Shown here one piece after another: positions 38,318-47,186 of a DNA stretch of 64,000 nucleotides. The DNA is from Desulfurococcaceae archaeon (GTDB taxonomy: Archaea > Thermoproteota > Thermoprotei_A > Sulfolobales > Desulfurococcaceae). The stretch is taken from the NCBI GenBank assembly GCA_038888155.1, contig JAWAJB010000001.1, positions 320,001 to 384,000 of the forward strand, written 5' to 3'. The position numbers and the translations under genes were made by a program. How positions within the stretch are numbered: position 1 is the stretch's first letter; every line of letters starts with the position of its first letter. Under the pieces are notes generated by a model, which saw only the letters and a list, made by a program, of their open reading frames with translations, ran no database searches and was not told the origin of the DNA.

Positions 38318-38332
38318 ATAACAGTGTTATTG
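38318..38332. promoter_or_regulatory. Palindromic operator ATAAC-AGT-GTTAT(TG) upstream of hypF
   Basis: Perfect 5-3-5 palindrome beside TATA-like elements; a second copy is at 41389-41403. Confidence 0.5.
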
Positions 38333-38347
38333 AACTGCTTTTATATG

Positions 38348-39037
38348 TTACTTGGCCTTTGGGTATCTCTCCCCCTCACCTATAACCCAGTAATCCCCGT
38401 CCGATCTTCTCTCTAGCTTGAAAATAGCTACCTCTCTCTTAACTCTCTCTACTATATCGCTTACAGCTGCTAAAGCCCAACTCCTCGTAGGCGCTGCGGC
38501 AACTATAACAATGGATATGTCCCCCGGCTTTAGCGGACCCGTGTAATGCCATAGAATAACGGCTTTTAACTTGTGCTCCTCTGCTTCCTCTTTAGCTATT
38601 TTCTCCAACTGGCTCAAGGTCGTCTCCCTAATGTCAGAGTACTCCAGCTCGTACACGTCTGCATTGCCCACTCTCCCCTTAACGTAGCCTATAAATGCTG
38701 CCAGTGCCCCAGATTCTGGGTCGAGGTGCGTTATTTTGTAGAACAAGTCATTGAAGTTAATCTTCTCCCATCTATCCAGCACTTTAACGTCAATTAAGGG
38801 GCACCCCCCTGAGAAAGGAGGCGCTATGTGAATAACCGAGTCTCCTCCTATGATATGATCCTCGCTGACAGTTCTATCGCTCACTATAATTACTGGCTTA
38901 ACGTTACATGGAAGCCCGTAGTTGTTCTTTAGAAAGTCCAAGAGGTCTCTAACGCTTATTGGCTTCTCGAACTCAAGCTCGAGCGTCTCGCCGAGGTAGT
39001 CCCTGAAAACCGAGTAGGCCTTAACTAGTACCTTCAC
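38348..39037 (-). CDS. MoaD-MoaE fusion (molybdopterin synthase)
   Basis: Ubiquitin-like N-domain ending in APPFSGG, then MoaE motifs GALAAFIGYV, LEYS and VKREVAIFKLE. Confidence 0.9.
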   Translation of the reverse strand: MKVLVKAYSVFRDYLGETLELEFEKPISVRDLLDFLKNNYGLPCNVKPVIIVSDRTVSEDHIIGGDSVIHIAPPFSGGCPLIDVKVLDRWEKINFNDLFYKITHLDPESGALAAFIGYVKGRVGNADVYELEYSDIRETTLSQLEKIAKEEAEEHKLKAVILWHYTGPLKPGDISIVIVAAAPTRSWALAAVSDIVERVKREVAIFKLERRSDGDYWVIGEGERYPKAK

Positions 39038-39482
39038 TGCTAACCTCCCGCTTAACTTTCTCTAAGACTCGGATCTCCGTAATAGCTGTATGTGGGTATT
39101 GGCCCCCCTCATCTTTCTCGTACTTCTTAACCATATCCCATATATTTAGAAGGGCAGCGGCAGCTCCCGCTAGCGCTTCCATTTCAACGCCCGTTCTAGC
39201 TGTGGTTTTAACGCTTACGTACACTCTAATACCTTCGCTTAATACCTCGAACTTTACTTCTACCCCAGCAATGGGAATGTTGTGAGCCAGCGGCAACAAG
39301 CGAGGCGTCTCCTTAACGGCATTTATCGCTGCAATAGTCGAGGCAGTCAACACATCTCCCTTTTCTACTAAGCCCTTCTTGATGAGCTCAATAGTTTCCT
39401 CCCTAAGCTTAATGAAGCCCGTTGCTGTCGCCACTCTGTGCGATTCAGCCTTACTGCTTATGTCTACCATTTTAATGGGCAT
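39021..39482 (-). CDS. moaC: Cyclic pyranopterin monophosphate synthase
   Basis: MVDISSK, KGDVL, LLPLAH, TGVEMEAL and WDMVK. Confidence 0.95.
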   Translation of the reverse strand: MPIKMVDISSKAESHRVATATGFIKLREETIELIKKGLVEKGDVLTASTIAAINAVKETPRLLPLAHNIPIAGVEVKFEVLSEGIRVYVSVKTTARTGVEMEALAGAAAALLNIWDMVKKYEKDEGGQYPHTAITEIRVLEKVKREVSSEGTS

Positions 39483-40426
39483 TATTTCTCACCGCGAGCG
39501 AAGTAGGGTCTACGAAGCGCTGTTACTTTTCTAAAAGCGTGGATAAGTTTCTCTTCATCCCTGCTCTTCACTGGCTCTAGGATGCTTACGCAGGGGTCTT
39601 CAACGTAGAGGCAAGGCTTCAAGCAAGCGTCTGGAGTGAGCCTTAACCTCGAGCACTTTTCGCAGAAAAAGTAGTTGTTGTAGCCAACAACGACCTCTAC
39701 CTCGATCCCGCTGTTCAAAAGGTATACGGGCCTGTTGTGTAGCTCCCTATAGCGCTTGCTCGCGCTTGCCCTCTCTAAGTAGTCTACTATATTTCCAAGC
39801 CCAGAGTGTTCAGCGCTGTAAGTAGCTTCTGGGACGCCAAGCGGAATGAGCTCTATTAAGTTCACGTTTAAACCCCGGTGCTCGGCAAACGCGAGGATCT
39901 CCTGGAACTCATCTACATTGCTCCTCATTGCCAGGAAATTTATCTTAACCTTTAAGCCGTACTTAATGGCCTGGTCTATACCTGCAGTAACAGCGTCGAG
40001 CATTTTTGAGCCCCCTGTTATGTAGCTGTATTTTTCTGCCTTCAGTGAGTGCAGGCTGACATTTATTCTATCTAATCCCGCCCGAGCGAGGTCTCCAATT
40101 CTCTGAGCTAGCAGCGAGCCGTTTGTAACTAGCGATATCTCTTTCGCGAAGGGCCTAATGCTTCTCACTATTTCAGCTATGTCCTCTCTGAGTAGCGGCT
40201 CGCCTCCAGTGAGCTTGTAATTTCTCACGCCTAACTTACACGCTGTGCGCGCTATGAAGCCGTAGTCTAAGGGGTTGAGCTCCTCTCTGCTAGTGTGAAA
40301 AACCCCCTCGCTGTGACAGAATATACACTTATAGTTACAGCGCAAGGTTACAAGCACTCTAAGGGTATCAATGACCCTGCCGTAGGGGTCTCGAAGCGCC
40401 TTTTCTTCACTTGAGCAATGGAGCAT
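39482..40426 (-). CDS. moaA: GTP 3',8-cyclase
   Basis: DPYGR, CNYKCIFC, LTGGEP and C-terminal CEKCSRLRLT...KPCL. Confidence 0.95.
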   Translation of the reverse strand: MLHCSSEEKALRDPYGRVIDTLRVLVTLRCNYKCIFCHSEGVFHTSREELNPLDYGFIARTACKLGVRNYKLTGGEPLLREDIAEIVRSIRPFAKEISLVTNGSLLAQRIGDLARAGLDRINVSLHSLKAEKYSYITGGSKMLDAVTAGIDQAIKYGLKVKINFLAMRSNVDEFQEILAFAEHRGLNVNLIELIPLGVPEATYSAEHSGLGNIVDYLERASASKRYRELHNRPVYLLNSGIEVEVVVGYNNYFFCEKCSRLRLTPDACLKPCLYVEDPCVSILEPVKSRDEEKLIHAFRKVTALRRPYFARGEK

Positions 40427-40622
40427 CTACAGGTACCCTAATGCCTTTTTTCTTTAACTACACTACCGCTAATAACTTTTAGGTATCAGTGTAGATCGGG
40501 CAGTTTAAGCGAATCCCCTACAGCCTTTTTTATCTAGGATTAGGGCAACTAATGTAGGGGCTGCTGATTATATTAGCCCTGAAGAGCTCATCTGTACTTG
40601 AACGAGCCATTGAGTCAACTGC

Positions 40623-41027
40623 ATGATCTTAACTTCTCTTGGGAGGTCCATAGGCATGTTGGTCTTAGAGGAGCAAGGCAAGAGCGTGGCGGCTAGAAAG
40701 CCTAGGCGGGGCGATATATGCACAGCTGTTTACGCGCTCATTCAGCTAATACCAATGGGGTACGTAACTAGCTACAAGAGCATAGGTGACGCACTGGGGG
40801 TACACCAACGCCTTGTCGCGCTGTGCTTAAAGGAAAATAGGGACCCCATAATTGTGCCCTGCCACAGAGTTGTGTACAGCTCTCGCCGGTTGGGGGGATA
40901 TAGCAGGCTTGGTAGGGCGTTTAAAGCTAGACTACTTGAATTAGAGGGAGTTGCCCTAGATGGAGGAGAAATGGTTTCGCCGAAGCACTTCATTAACGCA
41001 AAGGCCCTGCTCTGTAGAAGCCCTTGA
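40623..41027 (+). CDS. ogt: O6-alkylguanine DNA alkyltransferase (short form)
   Basis: IPMGYVTSY, active-site motif VPCHRVV and KARLLELEG; start may be ATG 40656. Confidence 0.88.
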   Translation: MILTSLGRSIGMLVLEEQGKSVAARKPRRGDICTAVYALIQLIPMGYVTSYKSIGDALGVHQRLVALCLKENRDPIIVPCHRVVYSSRRLGGYSRLGRAFKARLLELEGVALDGGEMVSPKHFINAKALLCRSP

Positions 41028-41379
41028 ACTCTACCTCTTTCTCATTTATGTAGTCTACTAGCCTAGCGAGTAGGGAACGGTCCCTAGCTAATTTATCGCA
41101 TAAATTACACGGGTGGAATTCTATGCCCCCGTAAAGCTGCTTCGCAAAATCGTCAAATATGTTTTTAAGCTCGGGAGAGCAATCGAGGATGTAAAAGTAC
41201 TTAATTCTACGTCTCCCCGTCACAACGTAGTTTACTGCTGACTGCTTCATGTTGAGCGCTTTAGCGGCCTTTAACTGCGAGAAGCCGTAGTTTTTAACGA
41301 GCGTGTAAGCTAAATAGGCCTTAGCCACGGGGAGGATCTTCTTAGTATAGACTTCGCAGAAAGACTTCGTTTTGTACAC
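40993..41379 (-). CDS. Predicted HTH transcriptional regulator (COG2522-like) with Cys residues
   Basis: FCE...ILP, HTH GFSQLKAAKALNMKQSAVNYVVTGRR and C-terminal CNLC. Confidence 0.8.
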   Translation of the reverse strand: MYKTKSFCEVYTKKILPVAKAYLAYTLVKNYGFSQLKAAKALNMKQSAVNYVVTGRRRIKYFYILDCSPELKNIFDDFAKQLYGGIEFHPCNLCDKLARDRSLLARLVDYINEKEVEFKGFYRAGPLR

Positions 41380-41387
41380 CCATCACT

Positions 41388-41403
41388 AATAACAAAGTTA
41401 TTG
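41388..41403. promoter_or_regulatory. Palindromic operator AATAAC-AAA-GTTATT in the HTH/moaB divergent promoter
   Basis: Perfect 6-3-6 palindrome between a TATA element (41404-41412) and the HTH gene start. Confidence 0.6.
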
Positions 41404-41435
41404 CTTATATAGCTTGCACTAGATAGAGTAACTCG

Positions 41436-41951
41436 GTGATGTTCATGGGGAGCAACGACCTCGCGCGCCAACTATGCTTCGGAGTCATTGTCGTGAGCGA
41501 CCGCATCGCAGAGGGGGCAGACGTCGATGTAAGCGGGGAGGAGTCTTTGAGGGAGTTGAGGAAAAAGGGGCTCTGCGTAGGAGGCAAGAGAGTAGTTCGG
41601 AACTCGTACAGGGAGATTTTAAGGGCAATTAGAGAGGCCAACGAGCGCGTTTTAGTGTTAATAGGCGGGACAGGCCCCAGCCCCCGCGACATAACTGCAG
41701 ATGTAGTAAGCGATATAGCCTGGAGATGCCTGCCTGGCTTTGGGGAACTGTTCAGGTATCTCTCCTACCGAGAAGTAGGGGCTCGAGCAGCTATTACTAG
41801 GGCAAATCTCTGCGTTCTACACGACGGCAAGATAGTTGTAGCGTTACCTGGCTCCAAAGATGGGGCGCTCTTAGGGGTAAACTTGTTGGTCCAAGTTGTT
41901 GACCACTTAGTAGAGGAAGTTGATAGATTTGAGGCGCCTCACAGAGTTTAA
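41436..41951 (+). CDS. moaB: MoaB/MogA-family molybdopterin adenylyltransferase
   Basis: VSDR, DVSG, GGTGPSPRDIT, LPGFGELFR and LPGS. Confidence 0.9.
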   Translation: MMFMGSNDLARQLCFGVIVVSDRIAEGADVDVSGEESLRELRKKGLCVGGKRVVRNSYREILRAIREANERVLVLIGGTGPSPRDITADVVSDIAWRCLPGFGELFRYLSYREVGARAAITRANLCVLHDGKIVVALPGSKDGALLGVNLLVQVVDHLVEEVDRFEAPHRV

Positions 41952-42027
41952 CCTTGCCGGGCGTAGAGTTTTTATGTTGGTTTACGAAACTCCCGCAGTT
42001 AAAAGCTAGCTCTAGGTACTTCTCAAG

Positions 42028-42660
42028 GTGAATGAGTTGAGAGGCAACCTGCACCTGATGATCAGAGACGGAGTTTTATACGAGGCTATCCTCACAGCCG
42101 TGTACGAGGGCAAACCCTATGCAGCGCCAGTAGGATTTATAAAGAGCGATGATATTGTGAGAGTCAAAGTCTATAGAGGCGGGCTGCTTAGTAAAGTAGT
42201 CTCGTCGTGCAGCGTTGTTGTGCTTAACTTCACTTATAAGCCGGAGTATTTTATAAGGACAGCGTTCAAAGGCAATTTAATGGGGGCGGGCCCACAGCCC
42301 TTGTTTAACCCGATCGATAGCGGAGCTGTCTCGCTCCGCGACTGCTTTGGGTACATAGTAGTTGAGAGAGCTAAATTGAGCGAGCTGGGCGAGCTCATAA
42401 TAGCTGATTACAGGGTAAGAAGTAGCGTTCTCAACGACTACGTAGAGCTAGAGCCTTACACTAGATGCTACAGCCATTTAGTAGAGCTTGCAGTAATTGC
42501 CTCGAAAATAAGAGCTATAAAGAGCGCTCCCGTTTTGAGCGATCTGCTCTTAAAATTTGAGTGGTCCATGGACGTCATCAATAAAACCTGTGGAGATGAT
42601 TATAAGGCACTAGCAAGGCATATGCAGGTGTTCACTCAGAGATGTCTAGAAGAAAAGTAG
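42028..42660 (+). CDS. DUF447-family (flavin-binding split-barrel-like) protein
   Basis: YEAILT, AAPVG and LVELAVIASK; adjacent to RFAP synthase. Confidence 0.7.
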   Translation: MNELRGNLHLMIRDGVLYEAILTAVYEGKPYAAPVGFIKSDDIVRVKVYRGGLLSKVVSSCSVVVLNFTYKPEYFIRTAFKGNLMGAGPQPLFNPIDSGAVSLRDCFGYIVVERAKLSELGELIIADYRVRSSVLNDYVELEPYTRCYSHLVELAVIASKIRAIKSAPVLSDLLLKFEWSMDVINKTCGDDYKALARHMQVFTQRCLEEK

Positions 42661-43586
42661 TTATAAGGGCTCCCGCTAGGCTACACTTTGGCATAGTTAA
42701 CCCATTTAATAAAAAATACAGGCTCTACATATCTGCTGGAATAGCCATAGATAGACCGGAAACCGTTGTGAGCGTGTACCCGGAAGAGCACCTCTCCTTC
42801 GAGGGCCCTCGGTCGAGCGAAGTCGCCTCTCGATTAAAACCCCTTCTCGAGGAATACAGCTTAAGTCGCGGGCGCGTTGTTGTGGAGAGGTGTTCCCCGA
42901 AGCACGTTGGCTTGGGGTCAACAACGCAGCTATTGCTGGCGTCTGCCCACGGATTACTGCTGGCTAATGGCCTGAGGGTAAACGCAGTAGATGTAGCCAA
43001 AAAGATAGGCATAGGCAGGCTATCTGGAGTGGGGACGTATGTTTACTCCCACGGGGGTTTCGTAGTTGATTCAGGTAAATCAGAGCAGAGCGATTTCCCA
43101 AGGCTCCTCATTAGACTGGAGGTGCCCGATCACTGGAGGTTCGTTGTGTTGATTCCAAGCGGGGTGGGGCTCGACGAGACAAGAGAGTCGAGGATATTCG
43201 CGACGAGCAAGAGCGCGCCAGACGAGCTAATTTGGTCAGCTTCATACTACCTATTTAGTGGCGTTGTTCCAGCGCTAGTTGAAGCCAGATTCGAGGAGTT
43301 CTCTCAATCGCTTGCCAAGCTCCAAGAAACTGTAGGCTTAATGTTCAGCGAGTATCAAGGAGGGGTGTTTGCCCGCTACTCAAAGACTGCCGTTGAGGCT
43401 TTAAAGGGCCTTGGGGTAAGGGGGATAGGCCAGAGCTCGTGGGGGCCTGCTGTGTACGGCGCTGTTAATAGCCATACTGAGGCCTTAAGAATCGTAGAGA
43501 GCGTGAGGAGGAGTCTAAGCGACGTAGAGGCATTTATCGCTTGCCCTGCGAACAGGGGAGCTGAGGTCAAGCTTACACTAGAATGA
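42642..43586 (+). CDS. Beta-ribofuranosylaminobenzene 5'-phosphate synthase family (GHMP fold)
   Basis: PARLHFG, HVGLGSTTQ, SGVG...GGFVVDSG and GQSSWGP. Confidence 0.88.
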   Translation: MSRRKVVIRAPARLHFGIVNPFNKKYRLYISAGIAIDRPETVVSVYPEEHLSFEGPRSSEVASRLKPLLEEYSLSRGRVVVERCSPKHVGLGSTTQLLLASAHGLLLANGLRVNAVDVAKKIGIGRLSGVGTYVYSHGGFVVDSGKSEQSDFPRLLIRLEVPDHWRFVVLIPSGVGLDETRESRIFATSKSAPDELIWSASYYLFSGVVPALVEARFEEFSQSLAKLQETVGLMFSEYQGGVFARYSKTAVEALKGLGVRGIGQSSWGPAVYGAVNSHTEALRIVESVRRSLSDVEAFIACPANRGAEVKLTLE

Positions 43587-43599
43587 TATCTATAAAAAG

Positions 43600-43662
43600 G
43601 ATTCAGCTAGGCCCGTCAATTCATCCCGTTTTGGGTCATCCCTTCCAAGCTTCATCCTCACT
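43600..43662 (-). ncRNA. Box C/D guide sRNA (D' guide predicted to target tRNA-Gly(UCC) U34)
   Basis: Minus strand reads C AGGATGA, guide AGCTTGGAAGGG, D' ATGA, C' GGGATGA, guide ATTGACGGGCCTAG, D CTGA. Confidence 0.8.
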
Positions 43663-43677
43663 AACTAATAACTATGC

Positions 43678-45336
43678 CTAGATTTTAATTCTATCCAAGT
43701 ACAGCTCGGCGATCACTACGGGGTTCTTCAGTCCAAGCTCGTAAGTGATCCCCGGATAGATCTCGCCAACGAAACCGAGCTCCTCCTCGCCGCTTTTCAC
43801 AACGGCAGTTCTCTCGGGGAGAAATCCCGGCAAGTGCCCCTTTACAAACTCGTGATTTATTTCCAGCTCGTTAAGTACAGCTTTCACGTAGGCTAGGCCA
43901 TCAGTTAAAGTCGCCCTGTCATAGTATATTGCTATCCCAAGCCTTCTCTCTATTCTAGCCTGTGTTTCATAGCGCAAGTCTGGTATCGCCACATCTCCTA
44001 TTTCAAATATCATTACCCTGTTGTACTTCTCGGCGTTTTCCTTTACTACGTCCAACAGCTGAGGTGCAAGCCAAACTCGAAGTCCCTCAAAGCGCTCTGA
44101 CCTCGGGTTTTGCACAGAGAACATGCTACCTGGGTAGTTCAGCATTTCGAGCTGAGTAGCTCTGTTGCTCATCATGTAGTTGGCCACCTCTTGGAAACCT
44201 AGACCTATCAGGACGTCCCTCAACCTCCTTGATACGTACTCTACGGGGTGGAGCCTGCCGATTGAGCCACTAGCGGGGAGCGAGTCGGCTTCAGCGCCTA
44301 TTTTCTCGTAGCCATAAGCTATTGCCACGTCTTCAGCTACATCTACCCATGTCCTGACGTCCACTCTGTACAGCGGCGGCCTAACAACTATCTCGTATTC
44401 AGTGTCTTTTCCTACCTCGTAGTAGAATAACTGGAGGAGGCTTGTGATCTCCTCTACGTTTAAGCTTGTTCCCAGCAGGCCATTAACATCGTTTGCGTTT
44501 ACCCTAATTGTCTGGCGCTCTCTCATAGGCGCCTCAACAACTAGGTTGTCCTTGTGGTAAACTTTAACTGACTCTACTGCCCCTGTAGACGAGCGCTCGA
44601 CTATGCTAGTCGCCATTATTGTGATAGCGTTTACAACTTCTTGAACACTAGTACCTGTAGCGTCAATAATTACGTTCTTAGTGTCTGTTCGCACTCTGCA
44701 GTCCTCGCTATTTATTATTGGGGTTAGGCTGAGAATGTTCCCCTCAGCGTCGCGCAATATGAGGTACTTAGACATATTTTTTACGATGTGACCGTATAAG
44801 ATGCCCTTCTCCGTTGTTTCGAGGATCTCTCGCAAGGTCATAGGCTTATCGCTACCGAGCGGACGGAAGCGCGTTAAGTCGGGATCAGCTGCCTCGTAGT
44901 ATATAGGCGGCTTGAGGGCGTCGAGATCATACACTCCAATGCTTATTTTCCTCCTCGCGCGCCCGTAGGTTTGCGTTATTTTTTCCTGTAGTTGCATAAT
45001 TTGCGAGATTGCCTCGCTAGTCAGCCTTATGTCCCTAACTACGGCTAGCGCTAAATAAGGCCTCTCGGGTATGTAGTCAGCGTACCCCTTGACTGAAGAC
45101 TCGACAACTGTGAAGCTACGCCAATTCAACCCAAGCCACGGCTTAAGAGCCCTCGACAGTCCCTCCGAGCTAAACAAGTCCGGACGATCGCTATTTGCCT
45201 CGTACTCTATGATATCTCCATCTATTAGCTCTACTTCGCACTTCAACCTAGCTAGTAGCTTGTGTAGCTCAAGGTCGTTCAACTCTGTCCCCAGAAGTTC
45301 CTCGAGATCGCTTCTCCTTATCCTCACAACTGGCAT
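43678..45336 (-). CDS. pheT: Phenylalanine--tRNA ligase beta subunit
   Basis: MPVVRI start after GGTGA, NSDRPDLFSSEG, PLYRVD..DVAEDVAIAYGY and GEIYP. Confidence 0.95.
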   Translation of the reverse strand: MPVVRIRRSDLEELLGTELNDLELHKLLARLKCEVELIDGDIIEYEANSDRPDLFSSEGLSRALKPWLGLNWRSFTVVESSVKGYADYIPERPYLALAVVRDIRLTSEAISQIMQLQEKITQTYGRARRKISIGVYDLDALKPPIYYEAADPDLTRFRPLGSDKPMTLREILETTEKGILYGHIVKNMSKYLILRDAEGNILSLTPIINSEDCRVRTDTKNVIIDATGTSVQEVVNAITIMATSIVERSSTGAVESVKVYHKDNLVVEAPMRERQTIRVNANDVNGLLGTSLNVEEITSLLQLFYYEVGKDTEYEIVVRPPLYRVDVRTWVDVAEDVAIAYGYEKIGAEADSLPASGSIGRLHPVEYVSRRLRDVLIGLGFQEVANYMMSNRATQLEMLNYPGSMFSVQNPRSERFEGLRVWLAPQLLDVVKENAEKYNRVMIFEIGDVAIPDLRYETQARIERRLGIAIYYDRATLTDGLAYVKAVLNELEINHEFVKGHLPGFLPERTAVVKSGEEELGFVGEIYPGITYELGLKNPVVIAELYLDRIKI

Positions 45337-45341
45337 TTCCC

Positions 45342-46994
45342 TCACCCTAATTCCTGTCTTAAATTCAACCAAACCTCCTCTATTAACGCTTTTTCCTCGT
45401 TGCTCCACCGCAGTATGTTCTCCAGCTGGAAATACTCGAAGAAGTTCCTAATGCCGTTTAGATACGCGAGCGGTGCATATACAGAGAGGAAGGCAACCGC
45501 CCCCTTGATTTCTCTGAGCCTCCTGTACTTGCGCCACCCGAGTTTTCTGTATAAGTAGCGCGAAGACACTGGAGTGAGGTTGGGGTTGAACTGAGGGGTT
45601 ATTTGCTCCTCTAATACCCTACTAACGTTTGAGATATCCATGTTAACTTTAAGTGCCTCAATAGAGTACCAGGACTTTACGTACTCCAAGAATGCGCCAC
45701 GCACGTGCTCCTTCTTTTGATCTGCCGCTAGCATCTTACCCGCGAGTGTAGCAACAATAGCTATGTTAATTATTTGGGGAGTTGAGAGAGTGTTGATATC
45801 GTCGAGATCTGTGTGGTAGTACTTACTCGGCCACTCGTTGAGCATTGTGGAGTCAAGCCCCCAGGCAATTGTAACGTCGTGATCGCTTCCCGCTGTATAG
45901 GGTGATATAGAATACTTAACTGCCGGTAGCTTAAATCCCCCAAAAGAGCTGGCTGAGTCTAGCACAAGTTTCGACGCCAAGTAGGTATACGGGGCTGAGG
46001 ATGACCTCATAAATAGCGGGGGTATAACTATATTGAGAGTTGACTTCGTAGCCCACTGCTTTGATCCAACCATGTCTAGGTTTATCGCTGCTACGGGCAC
46101 CCAAGGCATGTAGCTATCCGCGTAAATTGTCCCAGTGTGCTCCGGTATGAATAGGTGAGCGTGGGAGAAACTTTGACCCAGCGAGCTAATCATCTTCGCA
46201 GCTAAAATACTCGCCACCACTCCGCTGACGTTGTCGTGCGATCCCGGCTTGGGGTGACATATGTGGCTAGTGTAGAGCACCCCGGGGTCCTCTCCCCTAT
46301 ATGCTATTAAGCCGTGCATGGACCTTGATGAAAAAGTTGACTTGACTTCCCAGCAGACTTGTACTTCAATGTCTTTGGACACCTGGGATATAATTTTAAG
46401 CGCGACGCTGTAGGGTATGTTGACCACAGATGTGCCCTTTATTTCCCCGCTCTTCAAGAACACACCTGTATACGGTACGCCGAGTGGATACCTAGTGCTG
46501 TCGTACAGAACTATTAGGCTGGACGAGAGCTCCCTATAGGCAACGCTTGCGGGCGCCTCTATCAGGATGGCCTCCCCGTCGCACCCATGCAAATCTCTAC
46601 ACAGCTTAAGCTTACTACAACCCTCACCGGGCGGGGAGTGGGCTGCTATGAGCGTGGGGTGATCGAAATAATTAAACCTAGCAATTGGAGTGCTCCCTTT
46701 CTTAAACTCTACGAAGCCGTTTACTGCATCCCATGACGCTGGAGTCTCAATGAAACCTTTAGCGCTACTGCTGGGCACTTCGAACATTTTTACGGCTAAG
46801 CCTAAACCTCCTAGGATATTGGCTGTTTCTTTAACAGCGTCTTCAAGGCCTTTAGATCCCTGTACTCGGTTATACGAGCTGAGTTCCCTAGTGAGATCCT
46901 TTGTTATCCATGCAAGGGGAAGGCGCCGACAACTTTCCAGCAAGTTATATATATCTAGCAACTGATGAAACACCTCATAGGTATAAAACAGCAA
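45342..46994 (-). CDS. DUF4910/M28-like Zn aminopeptidase-family protein
   Basis: NRVQGS, SHICHPKPGSHDNVSG, PEHTG, NLDMVG, SDHD and YHTDLD; the start may be the TTG near 46961. Confidence 0.78.
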   Translation of the reverse strand: MLFYTYEVFHQLLDIYNLLESCRRLPLAWITKDLTRELSSYNRVQGSKGLEDAVKETANILGGLGLAVKMFEVPSSSAKGFIETPASWDAVNGFVEFKKGSTPIARFNYFDHPTLIAAHSPPGEGCSKLKLCRDLHGCDGEAILIEAPASVAYRELSSSLIVLYDSTRYPLGVPYTGVFLKSGEIKGTSVVNIPYSVALKIISQVSKDIEVQVCWEVKSTFSSRSMHGLIAYRGEDPGVLYTSHICHPKPGSHDNVSGVVASILAAKMISSLGQSFSHAHLFIPEHTGTIYADSYMPWVPVAAINLDMVGSKQWATKSTLNIVIPPLFMRSSSAPYTYLASKLVLDSASSFGGFKLPAVKYSISPYTAGSDHDVTIAWGLDSTMLNEWPSKYYHTDLDDINTLSTPQIINIAIVATLAGKMLAADQKKEHVRGAFLEYVKSWYSIEALKVNMDISNVSRVLEEQITPQFNPNLTPVSSRYLYRKLGWRKYRRLREIKGAVAFLSVYAPLAYLNGIRNFFEYFQLENILRWSNEEKALIEEVWLNLRQELG

Positions 46995-47186
46995 TTTTCA
47001 AGCAATTAAGCCAGTGCATGCCACAATCTCTAAAAGCTGCAGAGAGCATATAAATGTCGTCCTCGCTATTGCGTGGCCGTTAATTACAGGCAGAAAGCGC
47101 CAAGTGCGATAAAAACCCGAGATGCGCCTCCATGTATAGATTGGCCAAGCTACGTTAATAGGCTAGACAGCTATGAATTGCGAGAC

